Shown: in pieces, positions 11,926 through 23,467 of the stretch
Numbering within the stretch: position 1 is the first letter of the stretch
How the letters are laid out: each line of letters begins with the position of its first letter
Source of the DNA: Entomortierella parvispora E1425
Taxonomy: Eukaryota; Fungi; Mortierellomycota
Direction of reading: 5' to 3'
Assembly (NCBI GenBank): GCA_020891255.1
Contig: BQFW01000004.1
Coordinates: 310,001 to 374,000, forward strand
Length of the DNA stretch: 64,000 nt
Made by a program: the position numbers and the translations under genes
Notes under the pieces: model-generated
Databases searched by the model: none
Told to the model about the DNA's origin: nothing
Seen by the model: the letters and a program-made list of their open reading frames with translations, nothing else

Positions 11926-14205
11926 CTAATTGGCTCCTGGAGCTGCTGGGGGCCAAACGACGGGGGGGATCACAGAGTGCTCGTTCAGAGGACACATCGC
12001 GCTTCTGGGTCGGTTGCCCCACCACTCTGGGAATTCAATGCCACGCGACTCAAAGATGGCAAAGCACAACAGACCCGTGAAGGCCACACCAGCATCGAAC
12101 GCGGCCGAGAGCAAGTACGTATAACGGAGATGGGTCGAGGCGCGGTAACGGCGCAGGAAGAACTGGAAGAAGAAGCCAATGACCAGCCAGTTCACATACT
12201 GGTAAGGACGCGCTGGGGGCATCATACCTGTCGAGGCCAGCATCACAGGGACGTGGATGTTCTCCACCCAGGTACCAGGGTATCTCTTTTTGATGTAGTA
12301 GAAGGGAAGGGGGAGGATGAATCCCAGCAAGAAGAAGTAGTTGATCGCGTTGTACATGGACGTGGGTCCAAACATCCGGTTGGGCGAGATCACTCCCCAG
12401 ATAACCGATGCAGAGTAGAAGGTAGCCACTGGAGGGCAACTAAAGTCCTTGCTCTTCTCTGTGCAAATGTCGGGCTGAGTACGAAGCAACCAGTCTGCAG
12501 TCATGAGGTTGACAAATCCGGCAATGAGGGTTCCTGTGCACTGGGACCAGAACATGGCACGAGGGGGGATCTTCATGTAATGTCCAAGCTTAAGATCCGA
12601 GGTAAAGGTCAAGGCCTGGGTCATGGAGATATAACCCAAAGTTTTGAAGGTGACGTTGGCAATGGGGCGACCAGGGAGGATGTAACCAATGACATACTCG
12701 GTGATAATGTTCAGTCCAGGCTGCTGGTTGGTAAGGGCTTGAATCAGACCAACCGGCAAGACAAAGAAGCAGGAGAGACCAATGCACATGAGGACGCCCC
12801 ACCAGGGGAGCTTGTAGTCCCAGACCTCACAGAGGATAACAGCTACAATGGTCATAGCAAAGAACAAACTGAGATACCACCAGTCAGGAACCTCGGGGTA
12901 TGCCTGCATGAGTCTGTGGTGGATATCTTCGGAATGGTCGCGGGATTGTTTCCACTGGGCGACCAACTTGTGGCGATGATACAACCAGGTGTGGGTGACC
13001 ATGGACGTAAGGCCAGCAAACCCAATGCCGTAGGTCAGGGCAAAGAAGGTGGTGATACGGAGAGGACCATAGGCCTCATACTTGCCCTCATCCAATTGAA
13101 AATCGGTCATGATGGCGTCAACGTCATAGGTGGTTCCGTTCACGGTGTACAGGCTCGAGTTGACGATAGGGAACTTCTTGGCATCCCAAAGATTGAAGTA
13201 GTAGGCAAGGGGAGTCATGATGAAGGCAATGAAGGCAAAACCTACTCCAATGTTGACCTGGGCCCACCAGGGGACAACCAAGGGAGATGCAAGGTACGAG
13301 ACAATGTTATTCCAGTCCAAGGAGAGGGCGCCAATTCCAAGGCCTCTGTCACCTCCAATCTGGGCCAAGAAGATGTTGTCCGTTTTGATCCAACAAACCC
13401 AGGCAAAGTAGGTCAATGCCGGGAAGATGAAAGCAGGGAGCCAGTGGTACAGGAACATGCACAGGGTGGCGACCATGAAGACCTTGTAGCGAGACCACTG
13501 GCCAGGAAGAAGGTCTTCGTCCTTGTGCAGAGTATTGAACAGAGCGACCTGGACCAAGTTGGCAGGCCAGACCATGGCGGAGGGGTAGACAAGGTAGCGA
13601 CGAAGAACACCGGCCATACCGTAGCCCAGCATCTGGGTAGTGAGGATGAGCAGGAAGTTTGCCAACAGACCAAAGTCTTGCTTGTAGAAAACCTTTTGAA
13701 TAACAATGATATCAACAGCGTAAGCGGCACCAGCAGCACAGTTGGCAGTTAATCCAACAAGGACGTGCTCCTTGATATTGAATGGGCCGGGGTTCAAGAC
13801 GCCCGAGGGAAGAAGCCTGGCCATGGCCTTGCCGGTAGGATACGAGATCAATTGGATGACCAAGGCGGACAAACTCATAGGGACGGTTCGGAACCAGCTG
13901 TTGATCAGAGGCAGAGTTAGGCAACCAACGCTTTTCAAAATCATCTTGCAACATTCATCTGAAAAATGTACTTACAAGAACTGATTGACAAAGGAGAGCA
14001 AAACTGAGAATCCAATGGCCATGATCCAGAAGCGGAAGGTGAGAGTCGGCAACGAAGGGTCATCCTTGGTGGACACCATGGCTGCGACTTCGGGAATAGG
14101 GGAGTTTTCCTCCTCTTCGAGTTCAACAGATGTGCACTCAACATCGTGTTTTTCGTCAACGAACTCCTTCTCCGCAAGATACGCTTGCGTGGATTCTTGT
14201 GTCAT
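11926..14205 (-). CDS. OPT-family oligopeptide transporter; join(11926..13897,13976..14205), 733 aa
   Basis: OPT signature SPIPEVAAMVSTKDDP-TLTFRFW, plus NPGPFNIKEH and KLGHYMKIPPR, and many hydrophobic segments. The 78-nt intron (GTAAGT...CAG) restores NQFF-WFR. TATA at 14384-14390. Confidence 0.96.
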
Positions 14206-15292
14206 GATGGGCGTTCAAAGAATATGGGGTAAGGATATGTCTGGTCAGAGGGATGTGGAGGGGAGGAGGGGTGAAATACGATTCTTGCCACTGTAGAGGA
14301 CAACCAAATGTATAACTGGTCGAGGAAGGGAGAAATGGTGAGGAGGTGACAAGGGATAGGTCTTGGTGAGAGGGGGCTGACCCTTTTATAAGAGGCTGAC
14401 AGTCCCATCGACAGCCCCCATGGTACCCGATAATGGCCCATGAGTCGAAGAACAGTGCGTTCAGAAAGTGATTTGTTTTGGCGTGAGAGGATCTCAATCG
14501 CCTGCACGGATGAGGTTCCATTTAATGGAACGCGCTTCCGTGAGGGCGGCCAGGGAAAATTGCTTGGTATAAGACTCTTTGAGGCGGAGCACGTTTCCGT
14601 GCCCACATTTACAGTGTGGGCAAAGCCAGGGCGTTGCTGCAAGTCTATCGCGACTGACCCGCTAGCAAGTGGTTTACCGAGAAAAAACCTCCCTACCGAG
14701 AATTGAGACGAGAGGGCTGAAGGACAAAAAAGGGGCTGGGAACCTGCAAAGGATCCTATCGGATGGTAGCCGTCGCCTCGCTGCACGGAAATCTAGCCGG
14801 AACAAAAAAGAAGACTTGGAAAGGTCTGCAGGTTGGTGAGCATCGACTTTAATCGTCTTTTCGGATTTTATTTTGTAATGTGCTTCATTCGAATGCTAAA
14901 TTTGGTGGCACCCGCACAAAAACAAAAAAACAAACATCGGTTGCAGGTGAACAGCAAGACTTGAGGGAAACGCAAACAAGGAAAAGGACTTTTATTCGCT
15001 CCGTTGTCGGTAAGATGGTGGCCAGCGGGGCGTTCACAGACAGCCTGCAAAGTGGACATCCACCCAGTGCGCTCGAGAAACAATGGGTACGGACAGGAGC
15101 AAGAGGTCTGGAATAAAATCATCACCGCGCCCCAGGCACTTGGCCCAATCAGAAGCGAGGAACGAGGATCACACGAAGAGAGAGAGCGGTAATTAAGGTC
15201 ATTGACCAGTCATCTTCCAGGCAACAGAACCATTGCTGTCTGCCTCCTGGTAAGCACAGCAAGGGGACCCTTTTTTGATATCTCGCTTCTTT

Positions 15293-15298
<6 letters not shown>

Positions 15299-15324
<26 letters not shown>
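15299..15324. repeat. (TC)13 microsatellite
   Basis: Direct reading of the sequence, 3-prime flank of protease copy 4. Confidence 0.9.
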
Positions 15325-15446
15325 CCTTTATACCCACATGCTTGCATAGGTTTTCTGTTCGTAGGGTAATACTAGGGTATAGGCTGACCAGCAAGCCGGT
15401 TATTTTTATTGGTTTTTTAAAATACAAGGGATCATCAAATGAGGAT

Positions 15447-16625
15447 TTAGTACTTGAGGGGGGCGATAGCGATGTAGGGCTTGGCAGAGTGAGAGAAAAC
15501 GCAGTAGTTGTTCTTGATGAAGACATCTCCCAAGATCCAGAGACCGTTCTGGCCACCCTGGATACCAGAGAAGCAGTCACCGGAACCATCGTCAAGAGGC
15601 TCGTAGGCAACGTCGGCAAGAGGGACGTTGAAGGTCTTGCCGTTGAGCTTGAAGCCAACGTTCTCCTTGCTGGAGGTGAGAGAGCAAGGGACAACCCAGC
15701 CGTTGTTGGGGTCGTTCTTGGCACCCTTGATCTTGCCGTGGATGGCCTTGGCGGCAGCATCGCTGACAATGACCAAGGTCGTACCAGTGTCAACAATACC
15801 CTGGGAGGTCTGCTTGAGGGAGACTCCGTTGTAGGAGGCATCCTCAATCAAGATCTGCCAGTAACCCTGCTGGCTGACGGGGACGTTGTGCAAGTTACCA
15901 GTGTACTTGGTCTTGTCAATGGCACCGAAGAGGTACTCGCCTCCCTTACCACCGTTGCGGCGGACGGAGGGCAAGAAAACAGAGACAACGGGCTGGGAGA
16001 TAGCCTTGGCGGCGATGGCGTTGTCCATGAAGGTCTTGACACCCGAGACGGACTCGATGGTGCTGAATGCAAGACCGAAAAGACCATCCTCAGGGGAGGA
16101 GGCGAACTGGGAGGACTCGGCAGTGGCCAAACCAATGGTCTGACGAACAGAGATACCTCCGACGTTCACAATGTCGGAACCGAGGATTCCGGAGGCGCTG
16201 GAACCATCGCCGTAACCAATGTTCCACTTGCGACCATCCTTCTTGTAGGTCTTGGACTTGGAAGCGTTGAAGCGGGTGTGCTTCTTGCAGGCAGAGGTGT
16301 TGCAGGTGCTGGAGGGGAACCAGATGTCGGACGAACCAGTGTCAAAGTCGAGCTTGACCTTCTGGGCGGGGGTTCCGACAGAGACGGTACCGTAGTACTC
16401 AAGGTCGGGGTGGACGTCGGTGACTGGGACCTTTCCAGACTTGACAGTGGTAGCCTTGTTGATGTTGAGGCCGGGGTAACGAGCGTTCAACTTGGCAATC
16501 TGGGCAGGGGTGTTGTGCTTGAAGTGGGGGTTACGGGTCAATGGGATAGAGTGACCGTTGGGGTTACCAGCTTCAGCGATGGCGACGATGGCAGCAGCCA
16601 CGGAGACGAGGGCAGTGATTTTCAT
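15447..16625 (-). CDS. Secreted aspartic protease, copy 4 (392 aa, intronless, Lys-rich)
   Basis: Signal peptide, both DTG motifs intact. TATA at 16714-16720. Confidence 0.97.
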   Translation of the reverse strand: MKITALVSVAAAIVAIAEAGNPNGHSIPLTRNPHFKHNTPAQIAKLNARYPGLNINKATTVKSGKVPVTDVHPDLEYYGTVSVGTPAQKVKLDFDTGSSDIWFPSSTCNTSACKKHTRFNASKSKTYKKDGRKWNIGYGDGSSASGILGSDIVNVGGISVRQTIGLATAESSQFASSPEDGLFGLAFSTIESVSGVKTFMDNAIAAKAISQPVVSVFLPSVRRNGGKGGEYLFGAIDKTKYTGNLHNVPVSQQGYWQILIEDASYNGVSLKQTSQGIVDTGTTLVIVSDAAAKAIHGKIKGAKNDPNNGWVVPCSLTSSKENVGFKLNGKTFNVPLADVAYEPLDDGSGDCFSGIQGGQNGLWILGDVFIKNNYCVFSHSAKPYIAIAPLKY

Positions 16626-18663
16626 GATGGTTAAGAAGGGGAGGGAGGGTAGGGATAAGGTAAAGATGGAAGAGGGTGAGGCACAAAGAACAAACAGAGA
16701 GGGGGTCGAGACCTTTTATACCTGGAGGAGCGGTCAAGATGGTGATCGCTCTCGGCCGCCAGTCAGAGCGATCACCCGGCTCAGGAACCAAAGAGTATCT
16801 ATTTGAAACTACCTGACCACTAGCACAAGGACCAGCATCCACCCCCCTGTCAACGCAGGTCCAGCAATTTGAGAAATATTGTCCAGGTGCAAAAAGAGTC
16901 CAACTGAAGACTGAAGCATGAAATTGGGTTCGATGGCTTGAGAGCAATTGGCAGCGGCCTTCTCCAGTGAACCAACGGTGGCACTTTGTTGCCTTGTTAG
17001 GCCAGTCAGACTGTCCACAAGGCAGCAGCTTACAAAAAAGGGTGGAAGGGCGAGGGTGTCAAAGTTGGATGATTTGTTCTGAGCCCATTTCCAATTTCAT
17101 TCTCGCTGGATTTTTTTTTTCTTGGCTACTGGCTCGTAGTGCCGTGCGCTCATGGAGCGATTTATTCGCTGCTGCTGTGAGTCAAACAAGCGATGAGGGA
17201 AGCATTCCGCTAAAGCTACCCAGGCAACCGTCATTGAAGATTCGAGGGAATAAAATGCCTGAGAGCTTTTTTCCCCCTCCACCATACATACTGCATAGTT
17301 CTACAGTACTCTTCTGTATGAGCAGTGGTGGCAAAAAAAATATCTTGCCTCAAATTGTTTCTGCAGCGCGTGTAAAAACAAGGGGGCTGCGGTTGCGCGG
17401 CTCGTAAATTGCGTCTCTGGCACCCTCATGATTTGTTGGGATGGGAGGGGATGGACACCAAATAGATGAGCAAAAAAATAATAATTGCGCAACCCTGCAT
17501 GGCATCAAGTTTGACCTTTCTCGGATCTGCTCCGTTGTTAAAGGGTACCCTGTCGTTGGTACCTGATTCGGCTACCATGGGAAAGAAATCTACCTCAGCA
17601 GAGCATTTTATCATATCTCGTTTTCTTGCGCGACTTTGCCAGGAAGTGATGCGCCACCCGAAATTGTTACCCGGTGTTATCATCTTCAGCCGGCTTTGAA
17701 ATCCTTCTCTTCCCATCAGCGATCCATCGGGCCACAGAAATTTATTTTTGGATGGCTGTTGTAGTCTGCATGTGCTTGGGGTGCTGCCAGTTAGCGACGT
17801 TGCAGGATATCTAGGGCTAGGGGCAAAGCGAAAACGGCCTATCTGATGCCGCCATTGCTCTTTTTTTGGACCTGTTCTCCCGAGTCACTTTTAGTGGGAT
17901 TCTAGTGGGCTTTGTGCTCCTTTCTAAACAGAAAAGGTCAATAAGCCAACATCTTGTATATTCATTCTCAGTTACGTGGACTATAAGGGCGCAGGGGGAT
18001 AGGGTTGGCTCAAGTCGACCCTGAGATTTGGTGCTCTCATTCATTACAAGACCCTTTTCTGGTTCTGTTCAAAGGTCTGCTGACATCTTTTTTCTCACAA
18101 AGGGCTAATTTGATTGCTCTTCAAAAGTTAGAACGTGAAGGAAGAATTACTCCCACGTCTTTTTTTCGCCATTGACCAATAGTCTGGTTCCCTTTGAGCT
18201 CATCTTTCGCATAGGAGTCCATCAAGTTTATCCAGATCGGCGTAAAAACTCCATGGTTTCCTATCTTTCGAATGCACCTCGAGGACGCGATTCACTTTTT
18301 TTTTTTGTCGTTCTGGCTAATGACTGAGCCTGAAGTTGACCGTAACCTTTCTTGACAGCTTGACAGACTCCATCTACCCGATGGACCCGATGCGCCCGAT
18401 GCACGCAATACCTATTCACCTTCTCTCCAACAGACAGATACTCTACAAAACAAAAAAAAAAAGGCTGTAGTAAGAGAAACTCGACGCGTCCTTGCATTTT
18501 TTTTTTTTACAGGAGAAGCTGCACGGTCACTGCAGTTTGTAGTTATTTACATGTGTCGCAAGCCAATGGGCAGGCAATGCACCGTTCCTTTGTGCTGTAT
18601 TTACATGTGCTGCAAGCTTATGAGTTACCCAGTTTGCGTCTTTACCGAGTCAATCAGTCATAT

Positions 18664-19942
18664 TTATTTGACTGCATGGGCGAGCTTGCGACCTGTTGCT
18701 CCAGGGCGCACTCTTTTTTGTGTCGTAAAACGAGTCTGACCCGTCTTCATCACTTTGGATGTCGGCTGAAAGTGCCGATTGTACAGCTGTATGGTTTCAA
18801 CAATGCATTTCTAGTGAATGAAAGAATAAAAGACAAGTTAACATCCTACCCATGACAGAAATAACAAAGCAATGGAATCGCCTTGCACCTTAATTTCCAA
18901 CAGGTGTACAAACCCCTGTACTTGTTCCTTCCAGTTTCCCGGATCGGAGGTAGAACAAATGACTTCTAATGCATAAAGAGAACTGTTTCCAAACAGCTCT
19001 TGCTTGATAGCATCTAGAAACCCTTGGGATACAATTTGCTATATCCCAAAAAACGCAATTTTTTATGAATAGACAAGTCCACCTATGTACATCAAATATC
19101 AGTGTCAAGGAAGTGCTTTTACCTGAATGCGGGACTCCGGCGATAGCCAGATCAGAACGAGGATCAAGAGGTGCTAGTACGCCCGTTAGTGTGTCTACGT
19201 GAACGTCGCACTTTTGTCTCGAGTCAACAGTTTTGCTGGTCAATGCTTCCAGCTGGCTACCAGAACTCGAATTAGATTGCCTCCTTTCTTCAAGGTCAAG
19301 AGATCCACCTTCTTGATTCTTTTGAGTTGATTGGCCTTCCTTCGGTTTTGTCCAACTTGATTCTCGCTGGAAACAGAAAAGGCTGTTTTCAAAGAGAATC
19401 ACTTTTTGATTCTCTTTGACGAGCAAGAAAGGAGGCAGGTTATTGGCCGTGCTCTGTCTCGTACTGCTTCGCACCTTTGTCTCTGAAAGGCATCCCATGG
19501 ACTCTTCCTGTCACCTAGCAAAGCATCATAAACAAAAAAAAAAAAAGTTCAATACACGGGATTTTTTGATCGCGTGCAGTGGAGTGTTGTCCTGGAGTGT
19601 TGTCCATGCGAAACCTTCATATAAAAATACCATTTTTTTGAAGTTTGCCCTCACTATCTCCCTCCAAGCCGTCGTCCATAAGTTCAAGTTTGCAACCTCG
19701 TGCGGCGAAGTACTCCACGATAAAGCCTTTGTGGTGAACTCCCATGTCCTGCGCTAGAGCTCCAGATTGAAAAAGCGGCCACAGCGGCCTTCAGTCAAAG
19801 GCCGTGCTAGGTCCAGTGTATATATAATGAGGCTAAAACTCCTTGATCGTCATCTGGACCCTCTTTCGTCGCTTCGAGTCCTTGAAAACGAGCTTCTGAA
19901 ATTGGTGCCTGAAACGGCGAACGGCCTTGCAGGCGCGGGCAT
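18664..19942 (-). pseudogene. Multi-exon degenerate gene of unknown family
   Basis: Exon-like blocks 19631-19942, 19475-19514, 19123-19366 (or -19382), 18889-19013 and 18664-18810 are bounded by GT...AG introns of 78-116 nt. In-frame TAG (19833) and TGA (19791) interrupt the first block. Invisible to the ORF track. Confidence 0.45.
19278..19437. repeat. Inverted pair of a ~55-70 bp dispersed repeat; right arm carries a perfect 12-bp hairpin
   Basis: TGCCTCCTTTCTT (19278-19290) vs AAGAAAGGAGGCA (19425-19437). Hairpin CAAAGAGAATCA-ctttt-TGATTCTCTTTG at 19390-19418. Confidence 0.8.
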
Positions 19943-22105
19943 CTATAACATAGTTGATAGTGAGCGTGCATGTAGTTGCATTACCACTTCAGAATAGTCA
20001 TGGGGGGATGCAACAGTGTAAAAGCAATTAGCAGGTGAATGTCAGGATGCCTTGCTGCCCAAGTGAAAAAGGCATCAAGAGAAGGTGGCATCAACAGAAG
20101 GTGGCTCAGCAGCACGGACGTCAGAGCCATGCGGGCCCTTGTTGTTGACCAACTTCGACAACCTCCGAATTGAATATTGTAGAGTGAAAGAAGCGGGCCT
20201 CTACTGATGATGTTGTGAATTAACGAGTTACCTTCGAGAATGAAATGATGCGTGTGTTGAAGTGGACAAATGGGGAACCAGCGAGGCAATGGGAAGAAAA
20301 GTGAGGGCGCGTCTTTCTTGGGCGTACACCCTTAATTTAGGCGCAGCACTCTTTTTCTCCATTGTTGAAATCGCGAACGGTCCCACATTTTCATTCATTC
20401 CCACCCATCCACCAACCCTGCCATTCTTCCGCCTGTCCTCTCCCATATCCCCGTCCTTGCCTTTCCCATATCCCCGTCCTTGCCTTTCCCATCCTTTCCC
20501 ATCCTTCCCCATGCCTTTCCCCTTCCCCTATACTTGCATATTGCTTGCGATGTGCTGCCAGGTAAGGCTGGGTGTGGACATGACTCGTTCTGCTGCGCCA
20601 TCCTGAGAATCAACGGACTTCCCGGGTGTACGTCTTGTAACGGCACCTGGAACGTGGGTGCAGCCTCCATAACGGGGGTCCGTTGGGTGTTGACCGTATA
20701 AGAAGGTTGTGTGCCAGCACCATCGCAACCTTTTACAACCGTCCTTCTTCAACCCTCTTGGACAAGTAGATAAAGTCGCGGTCTACGTTCGAGAGGGGAA
20801 GGGCAGATGTCCACTACAAAGTCGAGAAGGTGATCCGCTCGCATCTTTGTTTTCTCACCGGGATGAGACGGGAATCGTGGCCCTCTGGTTCCTATCCCCC
20901 CTTTCACTGTGCAAATAACTGGAGGTGTTTATGAAGGTGTTTATAGGTGCTCTGCTCAGGCAACATCATGGTCCAACAGAGTCCTTGGGTTGGTTTCCGA
21001 ACCAGTCTTTGGCAAAAACGTGTGGTTTCTCGTGGGGTTGTCCATACAAACCAAAAAAGACGTGTCCTTCATGGTGCACGCAAACTATTATTGGGGTGCG
21101 ATGGCCTGCCGCCTGCTCGTTGGCGCGCCCTGCACGGCTTGTTTCTCTCTTGCTTGTCAAAGAGGAGGAGGAAAAACAAGTTGACTGAGAGCAGGCCAGA
21201 TAGTGAGAGTAGGTGAGAGTGAGGAAAGCAATAATAAACAGCAGTGAAAACGTAAGCAATCAGCCTTGTCTTCATTCCCACAAGCATTGACCATGGTGCC
21301 ATGAACATTGACCTCGGTGGCAGTGAACTGAGCCCAAAAAAGTCGCGCCACTAAAATGAGAGTGGCACGCGATTGATTGATTTTGAGCAAGAGAGTTCTG
21401 GCGACATCAGGGATGCCAATGGTGACATGGGGGTGGAACCATGAGCCATATGGTGAAAAGGGTGAAAAGAGAAAGAGAAGAAGAAGGTACTAGGCCCCGG
21501 GGACAAGAGTTCAAGCGGCCCCGAAGGACCGCTTAACTCCCCCCAGTGCTCGGCACCGCACCCTTCCGCTGGCCCGGCTGAAGAGGTGAAGGCTACACTG
21601 CCCCCCACGAGGAATAGGCCTACAGCGGGAGGGGCGTCATACTGCATAACCTGACATAAGGAGTCTACGCCGAGTGTCGAACCCGGGAAGCAAAGTGTAA
21701 CGGAGCGGCAACACTCCCACAGAGCAGCGTGGACCCTTATTGTGATATATGTTCTTTTGGCTTGGACCATGTGTCGCCCGTCCTGAAATTTCAACGTCAC
21801 TTTTGAATTTTGGTGGCGCTTGACCCAAAGGAAAAAAAAAACGAAATAAAAGGCACATCAAAAAACTGCATGGGCATCCAACAACGACATCTTCTAGTCA
21901 TTTGCGTGAATATGGAAAGAAAGCCAGGGAACTGATCTGTTAGATTTGGTCCAGATGGTTTACCAGCGGGGCTATACTTCCAATATCCGTATATATCATG
22001 CCAACCATCAGACAAGAGTCGTGGAAAATAAAAGGAACAAAGGCCCCAACATGACTGGAGGTATCAAGATTACACCAGACAGTTTATTGGATCTGTGACC
22101 TGTCA

Positions 22106-23215
22106 CTATATGAGAATACCAGCCTTCATGTTTGGCCAATGCTCCTGCATCTACGCAAGTTCTTCAACTTCAATATTGATGGCCTGTAGCCTCGTCACGT
22201 TCAACCGTCGCAATCGCTTCAGGCCGCTTAAATGTCCAAGCCCCTGTTCCAGGAAGCAATCCAATGAACTCCCAAGATAACCGTCTGGAGTCTCAGTCGA
22301 AGAGGTGTGTGAATGGTCGTCTTGCTCGTCGTCCGTGGTGTCCTTATCTTCACATGTCATGGCCAGAGCCTCAAACATTTCAGCATCACACCCAAGAGCC
22401 AAATCTCAAGTTGTCCCAGCCTCCTGTATGTCATTTCAAAATCTGGAGTTTCACCAGGTCCTATCTCGAACCAAATCGATAAGACCCTCAGTGATCGAGC
22501 GCACGGCCACGGACACTCGTTATCGATCCTCTCTCTAATGGGAGGGCAAGCGACATCCCCCAACCTGAATTGATCCGTGTCCTCATATTCATTGTCCACA
22601 AAATCGGCCCCCGGGCCGAGAAGCTCAGCGCGTTGTGACCTCCGATCGAAACTCCTTCCAGGTGTAATTCCCGTAATGTAATTCGACAGTGTTCAGCCAA
22701 AGCAAGTACTAGAGGTCTTGAATCGATCCAGGACTTGGGATGTATATATCCATCGTTCGAGTTAAGGTATCATAGTTGTCTCTGTCCCTGACCTCATCCC
22801 AATGCGTGCTACGTTTCTTTAGGGAAGATTCTGCATCATTCCCTGGCAACCTGATTTTCTTCAGCTGAAGGTGCTGGAGCCCGCAAATTTGCCAGAATGG
22901 CTCCGCGAGTCGGCCATGGAGATGCGAAAACACGACTTCTCGAGCAAACCTGGCTCTATACTGACCAATCCAGCCTCAAACTCGGGGGTCGGGGGGTAGG
23001 AAGGTATCCTTTTGTCTGACAGCTCCAATGATGCGCCAACGATAAGGTAGAAATGACGTATAGAAGCCCCACAAGACCAGCAGGGCACACAGAGCGTCGT
23101 CAGGGTCGAGATACTGGCAAATAATCTGCACAGGCAGAGGAATGCCGATGAAATGCAAGGTAGGCGAATCTGAGTCCAGGGCGAGAGTTGTGAGAGTGGA
23201 AATGTGGTCATGCAT
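22106..23215 (-). pseudogene. Disrupted F-box/RNI-like paralogue of the 26836-28791 gene
   Basis: Collinear fragments in several frames match the intact gene: IGIPLPVQIICQYL vs IAIPLLTDLICQQL, AEHCRITLRELHLEG vs AEQNRLTLQSLHLEG, WPCARSLRVLS vs WPCTPTLRVLS, LEQGLGHLSGLKRL vs LRQGLCHMSRLKRL. TAG at 22151 replaces the conserved Trp (ELA*MQEHWP). Confidence 0.85.
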
Positions 23216-23467
23216 CTATGCGCATGGAGTGACAGGCATGCATGTGACAATTGGATGAATGGACGGTCACGTTGCGCATGCCATGCCTTTTATTTTTTGC
23301 TTTGCTTGTTTGCCTGTCGCCACTTTTCCTCCTCCCCCTTTTGTTTCTCCAGGTATGCTCACCGCTGTCGCTGGGATGCGGACCTTGAAGCGCATGATGG
23401 ATCGCTACGTAGACTTGGTTCACGCACTCTGTCGCGCTCACACCCGTTCGCGTTTCTTCATGGTAGA

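Noticed and set aside
11977-13752. 591-aa plus-strand ORF antisense to OPT
   Set aside because: Shadow frame. Biased sense codons (rare TTA/CTA/TCA) remove antisense stops, and it has no motifs of its own.
15342-16634. 430-aa antisense ORF over protease copy 4, and similar ORFs over the other copies
   Set aside because: Same codon-bias artefact, recurring in register over every paralogue.
19100-19150. Apparent Walker A motif GVPHSGKST and NYN-like VFWDIANC in ORF 18890-19498
   Set aside because: GKS arises from reading through a CAG|GTAAAA splice donor into AT-rich intron-like sequence. No Walker B or other domain context.
22151-22153. TAG at a conserved Trp as a target of A-to-I stop-codon repair
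   Set aside because: The same gene has several frameshifts and deletions, so editing could not restore it. Such editing is established in filamentous ascomycetes, not in this lineage.
23204-23467. N-terminal extension of the 1193-aa ORF
   Set aside because: Starts at a non-ATG codon, has UTR-like composition, and lies in the divergent promoter. The F-box-like motif begins right after ATG 23468.
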